In this document: positions 45,507 through 56,525 of the stretch, in pieces | Layout: every line of letters begins with the position of its first letter | Numbering within the stretch: position 1 is the stretch's first letter | DNA from: Epithemia pelagica | Lineage: Eukaryota; Protista; Bacillariophyta | NCBI GenBank assembly: GCA_946965045.2 | Contig: OX337242.1 | Span: 2,108,001-2,172,000 of the forward strand | Direction of reading: 5' to 3' | DNA: 64,000 nt | The notes under the pieces: model-generated | What the model saw: only the letters and a program-made list of their open reading frames with translations | What the model was told of the DNA's origin: nothing | Databases searched by the model: none | Translations under genes and position numbers: made by a program

Positions 45507-46624
45507 TCAAACCTTGATTTCCTTGATTTCCTTCTCTGCTCAGGAGATGAGTGTCTCCATTCCATCTTGCCTTTCAAACGCTTGTTGACTAACATCTGAG
45601 ACAGTATCCAACAGAGTATGTTTGCCGGTAACAACACAAACTTTGGGACATGACGTGGACAGTTTCAGAGTTCCCTTGGCTGGTGTGGTTTCCAGCATGC
45701 ACCAGTTATGCGTCAAACCATAGAGAAGCTCTACTCCAGCACGTATGTGCGGTGTTACCAATAAGCGATCGTTGACGTCCATTTATAATGGACATGGGCT
45801 GAACTACTTGGTAGATTGCGAACGAGAATACCGCCGTACTTGTTGCGTTTGGTTTGATTGTCGTTTTGTCCGCTTGTCGTTTTGTCCGCTTGTCGTCTTG
45901 TCGTTTTGTCCGCTTGTCGTTTTGTCCGCTTGTCGTTTTGTCCGCTTGTCGTTTTGTCCGCTTGTCGTCTTGTCGGCTTGTCGTCTTGTCTTCTTGTCCG
46001 CTTGTCCGCTTGTCGTCTTGTCCGCTTCATCTTGTCCGCTTGTCGTCTTGTCCGCTTCATTTTGTGAGGTTTGCGAGAACCATCCCGTGGGAGCACCGTG
46101 ACAAAATAGAAGCACGACTCGTACTTCTGCAGTAATGTTGTACTAGAGAGGTACTGGATGTACTGTTAAATAGACCAAATAATGGGAATTGGGCTGTTCA
46201 AGAATATTATAGCCTATTGTGGCGAGCAGCTTCACGTACGAGTACGAGTAGTCCTTGCCGTTGAGCTTATTTACCGATGGCTCACAAGTCACAAGACTGA
46301 GAAGTTACGTAGTGTACCTAACATTACTCGTCGGGCTTAGCTAATGAGTGATAAGTAGGACATTACAAGACAACAATTTCATCTTGTGTGTGTCATGAGG
46401 CTTAATACCGGGTGCACCGTTTTTATTGCCCCGGTCTTTTGAACAAGAGACAATCGCCAAAACGACAAGGACTAGAGCTGTTTAGCTAGTTCTAAGCTAA
46501 AATGCTGCCTTGTCTGCTAGCATAGGGCGCGTGAGGTCATAGCCGACATAGTTTCGCGTGTTCCTGAATAGGAAGACTACTATGAAAGCGGAAAACCGCT
46601 ACCAAAGTAGCGGGTGTCCCAGTG
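45495..46624 (-). mobile_element. Transposon right-end fragment, TIR at 46604-46624
   Basis: Matches 30256-31385. Confidence 0.8.
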
Positions 46625-46976
46625 TCCAGTACTCCTAGATGAAAAGAGAGACAGTTCGTCCACGACAAACGACAACCGCCTCCACCTCCAGCGGACTGCT
46701 CTTCAGCGCCACCTCCTGTAATGCGTAATGCGTTACATTGACAACGTCCACGGAGTCTAAAACAAGAGAGACAATTTGTCCGCAACAACCAACTGCTCTT
46801 CGGCGCCACCTCCTGTACTGCTTACATTGACTAATAACACAAAACTACTGTCACCAGACATCGTTCCAAACACATGTATCACGAATCACGACCTCAAGAC
46901 CAAGGCGGGGATTGAATCGGAGATTTGAGATTGCATTCCCACTTTGTACATCATAACGAGAGGACAGGCTATCATC

Positions 46977-47686
46977 ATGGCAACCATCACCAGCAGCCAA
47001 ACAGTGTGCTCCACAGATTCCACAATTCGGACCTCCAACGTCCAAAACCCAAAGCCTTACTTCATCACGGTAGGTAATGGAGCTGGTATATCCCTTGACC
47101 AACGGATCCCCAGCGCATACTGACATGTATTTCTTTCTGTGTTTGTTTGCAGCTCTCAAAACGATCCCTAATGTCGCGCTTTCATTCATCTGATCAAGAA
47201 ATTAAGGAGACCTTTCTCCGTAACATTGACGTCGAGCTCGACGATAACCAGCAGATGTATCTGCTGTTTGCAATCACTGCGATCGTAGAAAAACCCAGTC
47301 TCTCTATCGAGGAGCTTATGGACCTGAGTCCTCTTGCCGTCGTTTTTAACCAAACGGGATTGGCGAATCGCTATCTTCGTGATCTTGTTCACCATGTTCG
47401 TCGATTTTCCGTCGCTGGGCCGGTTACCGAGATCCCAGATGAGAGCAACAGCGCTGGCGTCTCGTCTTTGACGAATCCTGGTTTTGGGAGTTCTGCCGAT
47501 GGTCAGGGGGAAACAAACAACAGCAACGAAACAGTTGCGGACGGTCAAGCAGTCCCGGCTGCCCACAGCAACTGGTCTGTGGACGCCGTGGCAGGTTCTG
47601 CTGCCCCTTCTCAAATCACCGGCTTAACAGCCGAGACGGAAGACACGTCCATAAGTGAAGGGGGTGATCAAAAAGACGAAATGTAA
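46977..47686 (+). CDS. Orphan two-exon gene, copy C5
   Basis: Intact. Confidence 0.75.
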
Positions 47687-48643
47687 AGCAGCAGAAAGCA
47701 CTTTAGAGACTTCAAGTGGTGAAGGGGCAGATCAACAAGAAGAGGAAAGCATCATTCGAACAACAAAGTCTCCTGAACTAACATCTAGGAAAAAGTGTCA
47801 TGACCTGGAATTTGTAACAGAGTCTCGTGTAAGGCAAACCGAGTGAAACTACCAATATTCCTGCGAATCTTTGCCACTCGTAGACAAGAACACTAGATAG
47901 ACTGTATTTCTTTGATGGATCTCGGTGACGAGGTCAGGTCCGTGTTCCCATCCAACCATAAAACATGTGAATCCGCATAAACAAAAGACAATCATGTCGA
48001 CAACGAGTTCATTCATGGTTTGTTTGTTTTAGCTACCCGTTAGTGATGGTATTCATCTTGTTGTATTACTATAAGTTAAATCAATTGATCAATGTGGCAG
48101 TGCGAGTATATCACTGAATGGATGACGGTTCATCAGAACCACCACGGTACCAAATCCGAGGTCGAACAATGGAAATGGAGTATAATTCGAAGAAAGAAAG
48201 TCCAAGATTGCGACTTGTCCCATGTCGTCAATAAGTGAACAGGTCACATTTTGTATGTATTTTGTATGGCACTCTCGCCATCAGTAAGATGGTCTTTTTC
48301 ATAGTCATGGAGAGATTTTGTGGTTAGAGCAATGTCACATGTTACATTTGCCGATAAAAGCCAATACAAGCACCTTTACTGAATCGAAACATCTTGACAT
48401 GAGGACCATCGTGTCTTCAATGTTGTGAATTTCACAATCTTGAGGATTCCAACAACGGATATATGAAGTCTATCCAATCGGATCATTCCTCAATGGTTCA
48501 CCTAACAGGATCCCATTCCAGTACCACTATCTACCGAAGGTTTCCTTACCAATCAAACGGGGGCTCGTTTCGAAACCATCCTTGGTTTAAATTTTCCCAT
48601 GACACTCTCGCCATCAGTAAGATGGTCTTGTTCATTGTCATGG

Positions 48644-50599
48644 CTAGAACGATCCAAATTTCTTGACGGGTCCTCCAGGAGGAGATTCCACATCCTTGTT
48701 GTGGTTGTCTTGCTGGTCTTCCACGGCCGATGCAATGGCTGCGACGTCCTTTTGGACTTGCACTCGAGCACCGTCATTGGTGGGTGTCCAATCCCGTAGC
48801 CAATTGGACCAATGTGGTTGTGGTTGTGGTTGTCCTCCATGTTTCGACGCCCGTCGGCTCACGGTAAAGTTGATAACCTTACCGACAATGGCCGCCGTCA
48901 TGGCCCGTGTCATGGCACCTCTCAAATCTGGTGATTTCGCCAACAGGGCTTGCATATCTTCGTGTTTCCAACGCATCACGACCGAATCTTGGACAGCGAC
49001 AATGGTATACAAGGCTTCTTTGGAGGACATGGCCGAACTTCGTTTCAAGGCATTGGTACGACGACGACTCATGCGACGTGGAATGGGGACCAAGGGAGTC
49101 GCTGGATCCGGTTGCGACGACGATGAGGATGGCAATGGCTGTTGCTGTTGTTGCTGCTGGTACGTGGCAGCTACGGCGGCGGGTGTCGTACTGGCAGCCG
49201 TCACAGGAGAAGGACCAAGAGACAGCGGGTTCGTCGAGTCTGGTTGCCTCTCAGTCGACGGTAGGGTGGTACTCGCAGCACTGATTGAGCTGGAAGCAGT
49301 ACCATTGCTTCCACTACTACTGGTCGCCGTGGATGAAGTAGTTTGTTGTTGCTGTTGTTGTTGTTGTTGAGTATTCCAATAGGCTTGCAAAAAGGCCATT
49401 TCTCCAATCCACGCCCCCGACGTCCAACTCAATCGATCTTCCGTTGCTGCGGCATCGTCTTCGACACCGGCCGCTGCATTAAAGGAAGCCGCCGTCAGGC
49501 GTCGTCCCAAGGCTTGTGCTCGTGTTTCGCCCTGGGTGACCAAACACACATGGGTCATGGCTTGTCGTTCTTGCACGACAATGTCTCCCTTTTTCACGTG
49601 CACAATTTCGGCTTGTTGATAAATATGTTCAAATTGTTTGGGTGTGACACCGTGAGGCATAAAAAATTTGGAATAAACTTGTTCTTGGGCTTGCGTCATG
49701 TTGACGGTTCCTTCCCGTTCGGCAATGACTTGATAGATTTTCCAACTATTGACGGCGGCAAAAATAAAACTCCAGGCCATGGGTGCGACTCGACGGGGCG
49801 ACAGCGAATTGTGATAAATCAAGGCGGCCAAGGAACCGGTCGCATTCAAGGCTCGCAATTCAATCACATCGGACCGCGTGAATCCCACCAAGGCACAAAT
49901 GGAACCAATATTAAGGACCAAGACGGCCCAATTGTCCAACCACCATTCATACAAGCGAGCGGCAAAATCCACCAAGTAGGCCCACCACCGCACGGGAGGA
50001 GAGGCGGTGGTGGTGGTGGTTGTGGCCGTGGTACTGCTGGCCAACGTGGTGGTGGTGGTGGCCGGAGTGGCATGGCTCATCAAGGGTGCGGTCGCTTCCA
50101 CAGTCGAAGCACTGGTACTACTGACAGCCGCTGTTGTGGGGGCACTGCTGGTGGAGCCAGTGGCCGATGTGGCACTGGGAGCGGCAGTCGTCGTCGCAGG
50201 AGGTGTCGATGCGCTGGGGGACGCCGCGGAAGGAGACGTTGGGGTGCTGGTCGTTGTGGTTGTCGTGGTGGTTGCGGCGGCGGCGGGTGGTGTCGTCGTT
50301 GAAGACGGTGGCGGCAATTTGGTAAAGGTTTTGGGTTTGGCCAAGTGAGTTTGAGGCAATTTGGGCAAATTGGGAAAGAGTCGCGGTGGTCGGGGTTCCG
50401 GGGCGGCCGGCACCCGAATGCGATAAAATTGACCCTTGTAGACACCCTTGATGGTAAAGGGACCACCCGTGTGACTTGCGGCCGTCGCCTTGGCCAATTC
50501 TTCGTCCCAAAAGGCTCGCACCTTGGAGTGACCGGACTGCAATCGATGACGACGCAAGAGTCGTTCCAAAAAGCGATGATGATGATGCGAACGAGTCAT
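48644..50599 (-). CDS. Popeye/cNMP-like membrane protein, copy 5 (the only copy with the native ATG and upstream region)
   Basis: MTRSHHHHRFLERLL...; unique upstream sequence from 50576 onward. Confidence 0.85.
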   Translation of the reverse strand: MTRSHHHHRFLERLLRRHRLQSGHSKVRAFWDEELAKATAASHTGGPFTIKGVYKGQFYRIRVPAAPEPRPPRLFPNLPKLPQTHLAKPKTFTKLPPPSSTTTPPAAAATTTTTTTTSTPTSPSAASPSASTPPATTTAAPSATSATGSTSSAPTTAAVSSTSASTVEATAPLMSHATPATTTTTLASSTTATTTTTTASPPVRWWAYLVDFAARLYEWWLDNWAVLVLNIGSICALVGFTRSDVIELRALNATGSLAALIYHNSLSPRRVAPMAWSFIFAAVNSWKIYQVIAEREGTVNMTQAQEQVYSKFFMPHGVTPKQFEHIYQQAEIVHVKKGDIVVQERQAMTHVCLVTQGETRAQALGRRLTAASFNAAAGVEDDAAATEDRLSWTSGAWIGEMAFLQAYWNTQQQQQQQQQTTSSTATSSSGSNGTASSSISAASTTLPSTERQPDSTNPLSLGPSPVTAASTTPAAVAATYQQQQQQQPLPSSSSSQPDPATPLVPIPRRMSRRRTNALKRSSAMSSKEALYTIVAVQDSVVMRWKHEDMQALLAKSPDLRGAMTRAMTAAIVGKVINFTVSRRASKHGGQPQPQPHWSNWLRDWTPTNDGARVQVQKDVAAIASAVEDQQDNHNKDVESPPGGPVKKFGSF

Positions 50600-51486
50600 G
50601 GTGGTCAATCCAGAAAAGTGTGCTGGTGGCCGTAGTAGTAGTAATTGGAGGATACCAGTCGAACGAATGGAATGTCAGCCAACAGTACCGCCTGGGTAGA
50701 AACCTGGTTGTGGCCGTGGTCAGAAGCAAGCACTTGTCTTCTGGAAACTCTTTGTGTTTTGGTTCACGGATTGACTCCTCGTTCGGCAACCAGTCAGTCA
50801 GTCAGTCAATCAATCAATCAATCAATCAATTAATCGTTTTCGTCTTGTACTGGTTCGGGATGCCTCTTCTTGTGTCTAAAAAAGTCGTTCGAATCAATCC
50901 AATGAGGGAACTGCACAACAGAGACCGACCCTTGTTGTTGCAGGAATAGGCAAGTGCTCCTTGTTGTCGAGAAGAAGAAGAGTCTCTGGGACACTAGAGA
51001 AACGGATGTTCCAATCTCTCTATTCTCCAAGAGACGCGCGTGAAACACAACCAAGAAGGAGTGAGGGGAATCCAAGGGAGAGAGGTGAGAGTTTGTTTTG
51101 GAAATGGCAATGGCAGAAACCACACTCGAATTGTCTTTGTGGCAAGAAGAGGAGACGACGACCACGAGACAAATGTCTTGTTGGCGTAGTAGTCTTGTGT
51201 GTGTATCAGTGCGGGCAGCGCCAGCGTCATGTTCACCAGTGTGGTTGTGGTCTATGCACATTCGGAAGCTTTGTCCATTGCCCCGCTCTGTTTGCACGAA
51301 AATGCAGAAACCGCCACATCGTTGACGTATGCCACTTTTGTGCGACCTATGATTTCCAGTCGCTTCTAATTCGCTTAAATAATGGGTCATCAATGGCACG
51401 AACTAATTGGGCGACCCATCAAAAACACAGCCGATTTGTTAGTAAGAGGGAAGAGGGAAGACGATAATGTCCTCCTGTTGATTGAT

Positions 51487-53826
51487 ATGAAGGCATCCGT
51501 ATCAGTTGTACGAATATTCAGGACGGGTCTTGTGATTGTTCCCTTTTACTGTAGTGCGTTTGCTCCTCCAGTGGCCCTTCGCCCAACAAAAGGATCTTCT
51601 GGCCATGTTCTTGCTCATCAACTGTGGTCATCCTTATTTGCATCCAGTTCGGAGACATTCAATGGAGCCATTGAAGCAGTCTCTGCAAAAGACTTTCCGC
51701 AGCAGAGACACCAAAATATTGAGGTTTTGTTGCTTGAACGTCTAAAGTTCAATAATACAGAACCAATTGCCGTGACTGGGTATGTCACTTCCAAACGATC
51801 TTTGGGCAAGCAATTGGTCTTTGTTGACTTTTGCGTACAAGACGGAGATGTCTGTCAGGCCATGCTTCGGCAGGAATACTTTACCGGCAACCACTACACT
51901 GGATATCGACGTTGTCTTCTCAAGGGGACCAAGTTTGAAGTTGTTGGGATCGCCGCACCAACGCGAAATCCAGGCAATGTGGTGCTACTCATTCAATCGC
52001 TGCGACTTTGTGGTCTACCTCGACAGGCACAACACATTTCCATTATTTTGAATCAACATCATGAAGGAGCCATTCCCACGTCAGATGTGTTGGAGGTTTG
52101 TCCAAAGGGCTATGGGCTTGATTTATTATTTCCACCCGAAAACATGGTTGCAAAGGTTTGGTTCAAGGGTCTTTCCAAACGACTCTTACAGGCCTTGCCG
52201 AAGGATCCCAACTATCCCCAGTCGGCTGATCAAGTAGAGCTTTCCCGTCGCGGAAATTTTGTCTGTCCTCCGGCTCCACCGGAATGGAACAAAGTTCCGA
52301 AACACATCTTGACCATGGATGGTGTGGCTCCTGTTGAAACTCTGTCGATTACCGATTGCTTGTCCCAGGCAAATGTGACAACCACTCCAGCGACAGTCTC
52401 GGTGCAAGCATGGGTACAGAATCGACGCCGGTTTGAGGGCAACATTACCATGCTCTCTTTGGTTGATGAGTTGGTGCTCCTGTCACAGGATGTCAGTCAT
52501 GTACAATTTCGCTCTTGGAACAACCATAAGAATCAACAACAACCATCACAGCAGCCAGAGCAACTTCGACTCATGTGTGTTTTGCACCCGGACTTGGCCT
52601 CTCCGCGTAGTGCGGCATTGTATCGCAACCTTGCCGCTGTGGGGTCCCAACTATTGGTCCAAGGCCAAATCATTAGCAGCACTGATGAATCAGAGGAATG
52701 GCCGTCGTCATGGAACCGAGGAGGAAGGGAACATGTGCTATGGATTGAGTCCATTCAGCTCGCCCAATCCTCGTCTGGATCGGTAGCATTGCGGCACTTG
52801 TTGGATCTTCTTCACCAAGGACAAATGAGCTTGCACGAAGTTGCTCCAGCCTTGCTGATGTCGCCATTGACTCAAGAGGCTAGAGACCTTGCGAAATTCG
52901 ATGCCACGGGTCGACAATGGAAGGCCAACGAGTTGGCTGAAAAACTTCAGCAGGCCCAAAAGAGAACGGTTGTGAATTCACGTCTACTCAATGTTCTTGA
53001 CAAGTACCAATATCTTACTCAGCATCATCCAGTTTTGGCCAGCAGTCTTGCAGATATGGAGACCCTATCCATGCGGTCCAGTGCCGCAAAAGCAGGACGC
53101 TTTGGATTTTCGGTGCTGAACGACGGTTTGCCAGGGTCCAAATGGGCCAGTAAGAAGCGGCCGCAGTTGGAATGGATGGGGCAGCAGATTCGGAGCGTAC
53201 TCGAGTCACACCCCGAGTATGGCCACCGCAGACTGGAGATACTGGATATTGGAGGTGGCAAAGGATCTCTGGCGCATTATCTCGGCCAAGCGATTGACAA
53301 TGTCCACATCCACGTGGTAGATATTTGTCAAGGTGCGGTGACCAACGGTGCTGTCAAAGCACAACGTCTGGACCTTCCCGTGGGCTTTACCGTGGCTGAC
53401 GCCAGCAGTGCGAACCTAACTGTTACAGCCGATGTGGTGGTGGCCCTACACGCATGTGGCCACTTGTCCGATGTCGCCCTGGCTCATGCTGTGGAGCGAA
53501 AGGCTGGCTTTGTAATTGTTCCATGTTGCTTCAATTCCAATCCGCACCTAACAGTTCCTACAAGTACAGGCATTGGTGGCAAAATGGCAGTATCCGACTG
53601 GCTGGGACTTCCGGAACAGGATTGGGCCGCTCTCAAGCTCGTTGCAGAAGTACAGGGAGATATTCCATTGGCGAGCAAAGCAATTGAAGTCATTTGTGCC
53701 GCCAGAGCTAATGTGATGAGACAAAAAATGAATGTCGAAGTGACAGTTCGCAGCTTTCCAATTCAGTTTTCCACCCGAAACATGGTCCTGGTTGGAAAGT
53801 GTCCCGATGCAAGCCAAAAACTCTGA
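51487..53826 (+). CDS. Class I SAM-dependent methyltransferase (Methyltransf_32/GSTCD-like) with two OB-fold (anticodon-binding-like) domains; probably plastid-targeted
   Basis: IAVTGYVTSKRSLGKQLVFVDF and VSVQAWVQNRRRFEGNITMLSLVD (OB folds); ILDIGGGKGSL, VVDI, VVALHACGHLSD, IVPCCF. Signal-like N-terminus ending CSA/FAP from ATG 51487. Confidence 0.8.
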   Translation: MKASVSVVRIFRTGLVIVPFYCSAFAPPVALRPTKGSSGHVLAHQLWSSLFASSSETFNGAIEAVSAKDFPQQRHQNIEVLLLERLKFNNTEPIAVTGYVTSKRSLGKQLVFVDFCVQDGDVCQAMLRQEYFTGNHYTGYRRCLLKGTKFEVVGIAAPTRNPGNVVLLIQSLRLCGLPRQAQHISIILNQHHEGAIPTSDVLEVCPKGYGLDLLFPPENMVAKVWFKGLSKRLLQALPKDPNYPQSADQVELSRRGNFVCPPAPPEWNKVPKHILTMDGVAPVETLSITDCLSQANVTTTPATVSVQAWVQNRRRFEGNITMLSLVDELVLLSQDVSHVQFRSWNNHKNQQQPSQQPEQLRLMCVLHPDLASPRSAALYRNLAAVGSQLLVQGQIISSTDESEEWPSSWNRGGREHVLWIESIQLAQSSSGSVALRHLLDLLHQGQMSLHEVAPALLMSPLTQEARDLAKFDATGRQWKANELAEKLQQAQKRTVVNSRLLNVLDKYQYLTQHHPVLASSLADMETLSMRSSAAKAGRFGFSVLNDGLPGSKWASKKRPQLEWMGQQIRSVLESHPEYGHRRLEILDIGGGKGSLAHYLGQAIDNVHIHVVDICQGAVTNGAVKAQRLDLPVGFTVADASSANLTVTADVVVALHACGHLSDVALAHAVERKAGFVIVPCCFNSNPHLTVPTSTGIGGKMAVSDWLGLPEQDWAALKLVAEVQGDIPLASKAIEVICAARANVMRQKMNVEVTVRSFPIQFSTRNMVLVGKCPDASQKL

Positions 53827-54192
53827 GCTGTACAAGTTGCAATGGTGATGGCGCTTTCTTGGCGCATGCACCACTCTGACACACACATTGCCGTGTGGAC
53901 GGGTCCCTCTCCTTGGGATTGAAAGAGAGGGCTCGAGGAAATCTTCCATGCCGGAGAGTCGTTCGCTAATTGCGAAATCAAGGTTTCGTTCACTACACGA
54001 ACTAGCCATCGGTTGATACTTTGACTGCTCCTCGCAAGGAAACTGATGGATTGTGTTGGAAGAGTGGATGAATAGGCAGCATACTCTGATCAGCAAATAC
54101 AGGCTTTCTCATGCATAATAATCTGCGAACGAATCAGTCTTGTGCGATCTGAAGCTCCGACTCGGGAGACATTATTTGTATACTCTACTATA

Positions 54193-55257
54193 TTAATCGT
54201 AATGTGGTCTTTGATAGTGGTACCCCGGTTGTGGTTGGACACGACGATAATTCCCTTGTGGTGGGAGTCGTTGTTGTTGTGTTGCGGCCGTTTCCACGAC
54301 TTTGAGCACGCCATAGACACTGGCTGCAGCGGCACCGTAAATGGCCACCAAATAGGTTGTGACATAGGCAAACGCAGCCGATGCGGCACCACAAAAGACC
54401 AAGACAGCCACAATAGGATTGGGTTGATAACTTTGAATAATTCCCCACAAACCAACAACAAAGAAAATCAAAGCCATGATCAAGCCCAGCGTAAAATTCA
54501 TCATCACATTGATCAAGACTGTGTACATTCAACACAAAGAGCATCACCACCAAGGGCGTTGTTGTATGAGAACCAGCAAGGGAAAGAATGAAACAGCAAG
54601 GGAAATCAACAAAATGATGAGAAATGTCCTTTGAACTTTGAAAACCAGACAATCATTAGAGCGCCATGAAATAGACATACCTTTGATTCCAAATTCAATC
54701 CAAGTTTCATCTCGTCCCCTTGTCATTTGTCGAATCCCAATAAATAAGGCATCCCACATACTTTGTCGTTTGGCAAATTCCTTGCCCTGATACAGGTACT
54801 GCCAAAAGGAATCCTTGGCCTCCCCCACACCAACTTCACTCAACAAACCTGCCGATTGTTTGGCATCGCTCATGCGCGCTTGACCTTCGGCTCGAATGGC
54901 ATTCAGAGTGCGTTCCGCTTGTTCGTACCGTGCCTTGTTTTGTTGACAATATCGATCGTTGCAGGTCCAGAACCATCCCTGACTGGCCTGATAAATGCGT
55001 CGACGTTCCCAATACTCAGAGGTGGCATCGTATTCGGCTTGGACGTCAATTGTGTTCATGATACGAGTATATTCGCGTTGTTGTGACAAGGTGAGCCGTG
55101 TTCCAGATCCTACAAAGAGCAAAAAGATCCAGCCCAAGAGGTACGCTCCAGTAATGACCTTGTTGCGACGGGCAAACTGTCCGACCCCTCGTAACACCAA
55201 ACGACCCATTTGATCCGGTTCCGGTAATCGAACGACTTGTTGATGTTGATGATTCAT
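54193..55257 (-). CDS. Multi-pass membrane protein of unknown function, 2 exons: 55257-54681 and 54518-54193
   Basis: GTATGT...CACAG intron 54680-54519 joins GIK|VLINV in phase 1; one N-terminal and several C-terminal TM segments with a WFWTC...C coiled-coil loop. Confidence 0.8.
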
Positions 55258-55879
55258 GATGTGTGCCAAAGTCTGAGTATGATTTCTTCTTGAATCCACC
55301 AATCCACAACGGAGATTACAGAGACTAAAGTGATGCTCGTTTTTGGTTGGTCTTCCTATTAGATTGACACAATTCTAGAGTCGCTGTTGGATGTTGGATG
55401 ATGAATGATGAACCGTTTCTGGACTCTGGAAGAGTGCGCGTTTTCTTGTGTGACTCTGTTTTCGTTTTTCTCGCTCAATACAGCGCTTTGAACCGCCCAG
55501 CTTTCTCGCTTGTCCTTGATGGATGACCTCTTCTCTCTCTCCTTTCGTTTGCTGAACTCCGTTTCAATTTGTTGCGGTTTGATTTTTGTGCAGTTTTTTT
55601 CTTCGGTTTTTGGTAGCTTCGTGATTGAAAAGTTCCACGTGGAAACCATGAAAAAAATCTTCAGCCTACCGTATATGCGTCGATCTTAGAGATTCGATCA
55701 GAGTCCTCGCAAGCGAACCGATCAGAAGTGAAAGGAATCCCACGCTAGGAGTAGCTACTACCAAAGGACAATCTAGTTGCGATCCATTCTTTGTTCTACT
55801 CCTGAAGCCTTTCCAGTATGGTTTCGATGAGCCACAGAGAATGCGGCTCGGCATAAACGAGTTTTGCCTGGACGATTTG

Positions 55880-56430
55880 GTCGATCGCAATCGTACACCG
55901 ACATACTTATACTTGAGCGGGTTACAACAAAAATGATCCACGGTTGTAAACTGGTAGGTGGACAAGAGACGGGGCAATACCGACTCGAGTTCGGTCATGG
56001 CCAAGGCTTGTCCACGCAGTTGTGGCACCAACCGCAAAGGACATGAGAAAATCTTTCATTTCGTTCGAGGATTCACCTAGCCATCGTTTCGGTCGAAAGA
56101 CGTCCAGATCTGGTCCATAGATTTGTTCGTCTCGATGTGGGGAAGAATCGAGACGACAACGACAGGCACTCTGTACGATCCCAACTCTTGTTCGTCTCGA
56201 TGTGGGGAAGAATCGAGACGACAACGACAGGCACTTTGTACGATCCCAACTCGACCGGTTCCGAATACTGTCGACTCGATACTGCAGCGACGGTAGTCAG
56301 GAATCGACGACTCTCCTTAATTTAATCACGCAGAAAAGATACTCCGATCTCCGATACTTGATCCAGACCAACTTTGGCCTGTTCTTGGTAGACTTTCTTG
56401 GAGGGCACATGGCCAATGGACCAAGATATT
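55880..56430 (-). pseudogene. Cytochrome P450 C-terminal fragment, multiply frameshifted
   Basis: IKESRR (ExxR), ELGSYKVP, HRDEQIYG..FRPKRW, and a heme motif rebuilt across two 1-bp losses as FAVGAxNCxGQALAMTE. Confidence 0.75.
56123..56252 (+). repeat. 65-bp tandem duplication inside the P450 relic
   Basis: 56123-56187 and 56188-56252 differ at one base. Confidence 0.9.
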
Positions 56431-56525
56431 TGCCCCTGCAGTGAATTTGCTTTTCATATACATTCAAAGTCTGGCACTCATCTTCGTCCTCCACTGGGTC
56501 CCACCAGAGAAAAAACGTCCAATAG

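Larger units (their letters stand above)
26312..50575 (+). repeat. Tandem array of five ~5.08-kb units: 26312-31385, 31386-36463, 36464-41543, 41544-46624, 46625-50575 (last unit lacks the transposon part)
   Basis: Near-identical sequence and ORF sets with periods 5074, 5078, 5080 and 5081 bp. The length differences are accounted for by visible indels (+1 G, +3 poly-Q, +6, +12, -16). Confidence 0.97.

Noticed and set aside
26312-50575. Array as a pure assembly artefact
   Set aside because: Units carry distinct indels and nested shared substitutions, and unit 3 has private inactivating changes. The exact copy number still needs read confirmation.
50985-50993. CTGGGACAC match to the TIR
   Set aside because: Only 9 bp, not extendable; compatible with chance.
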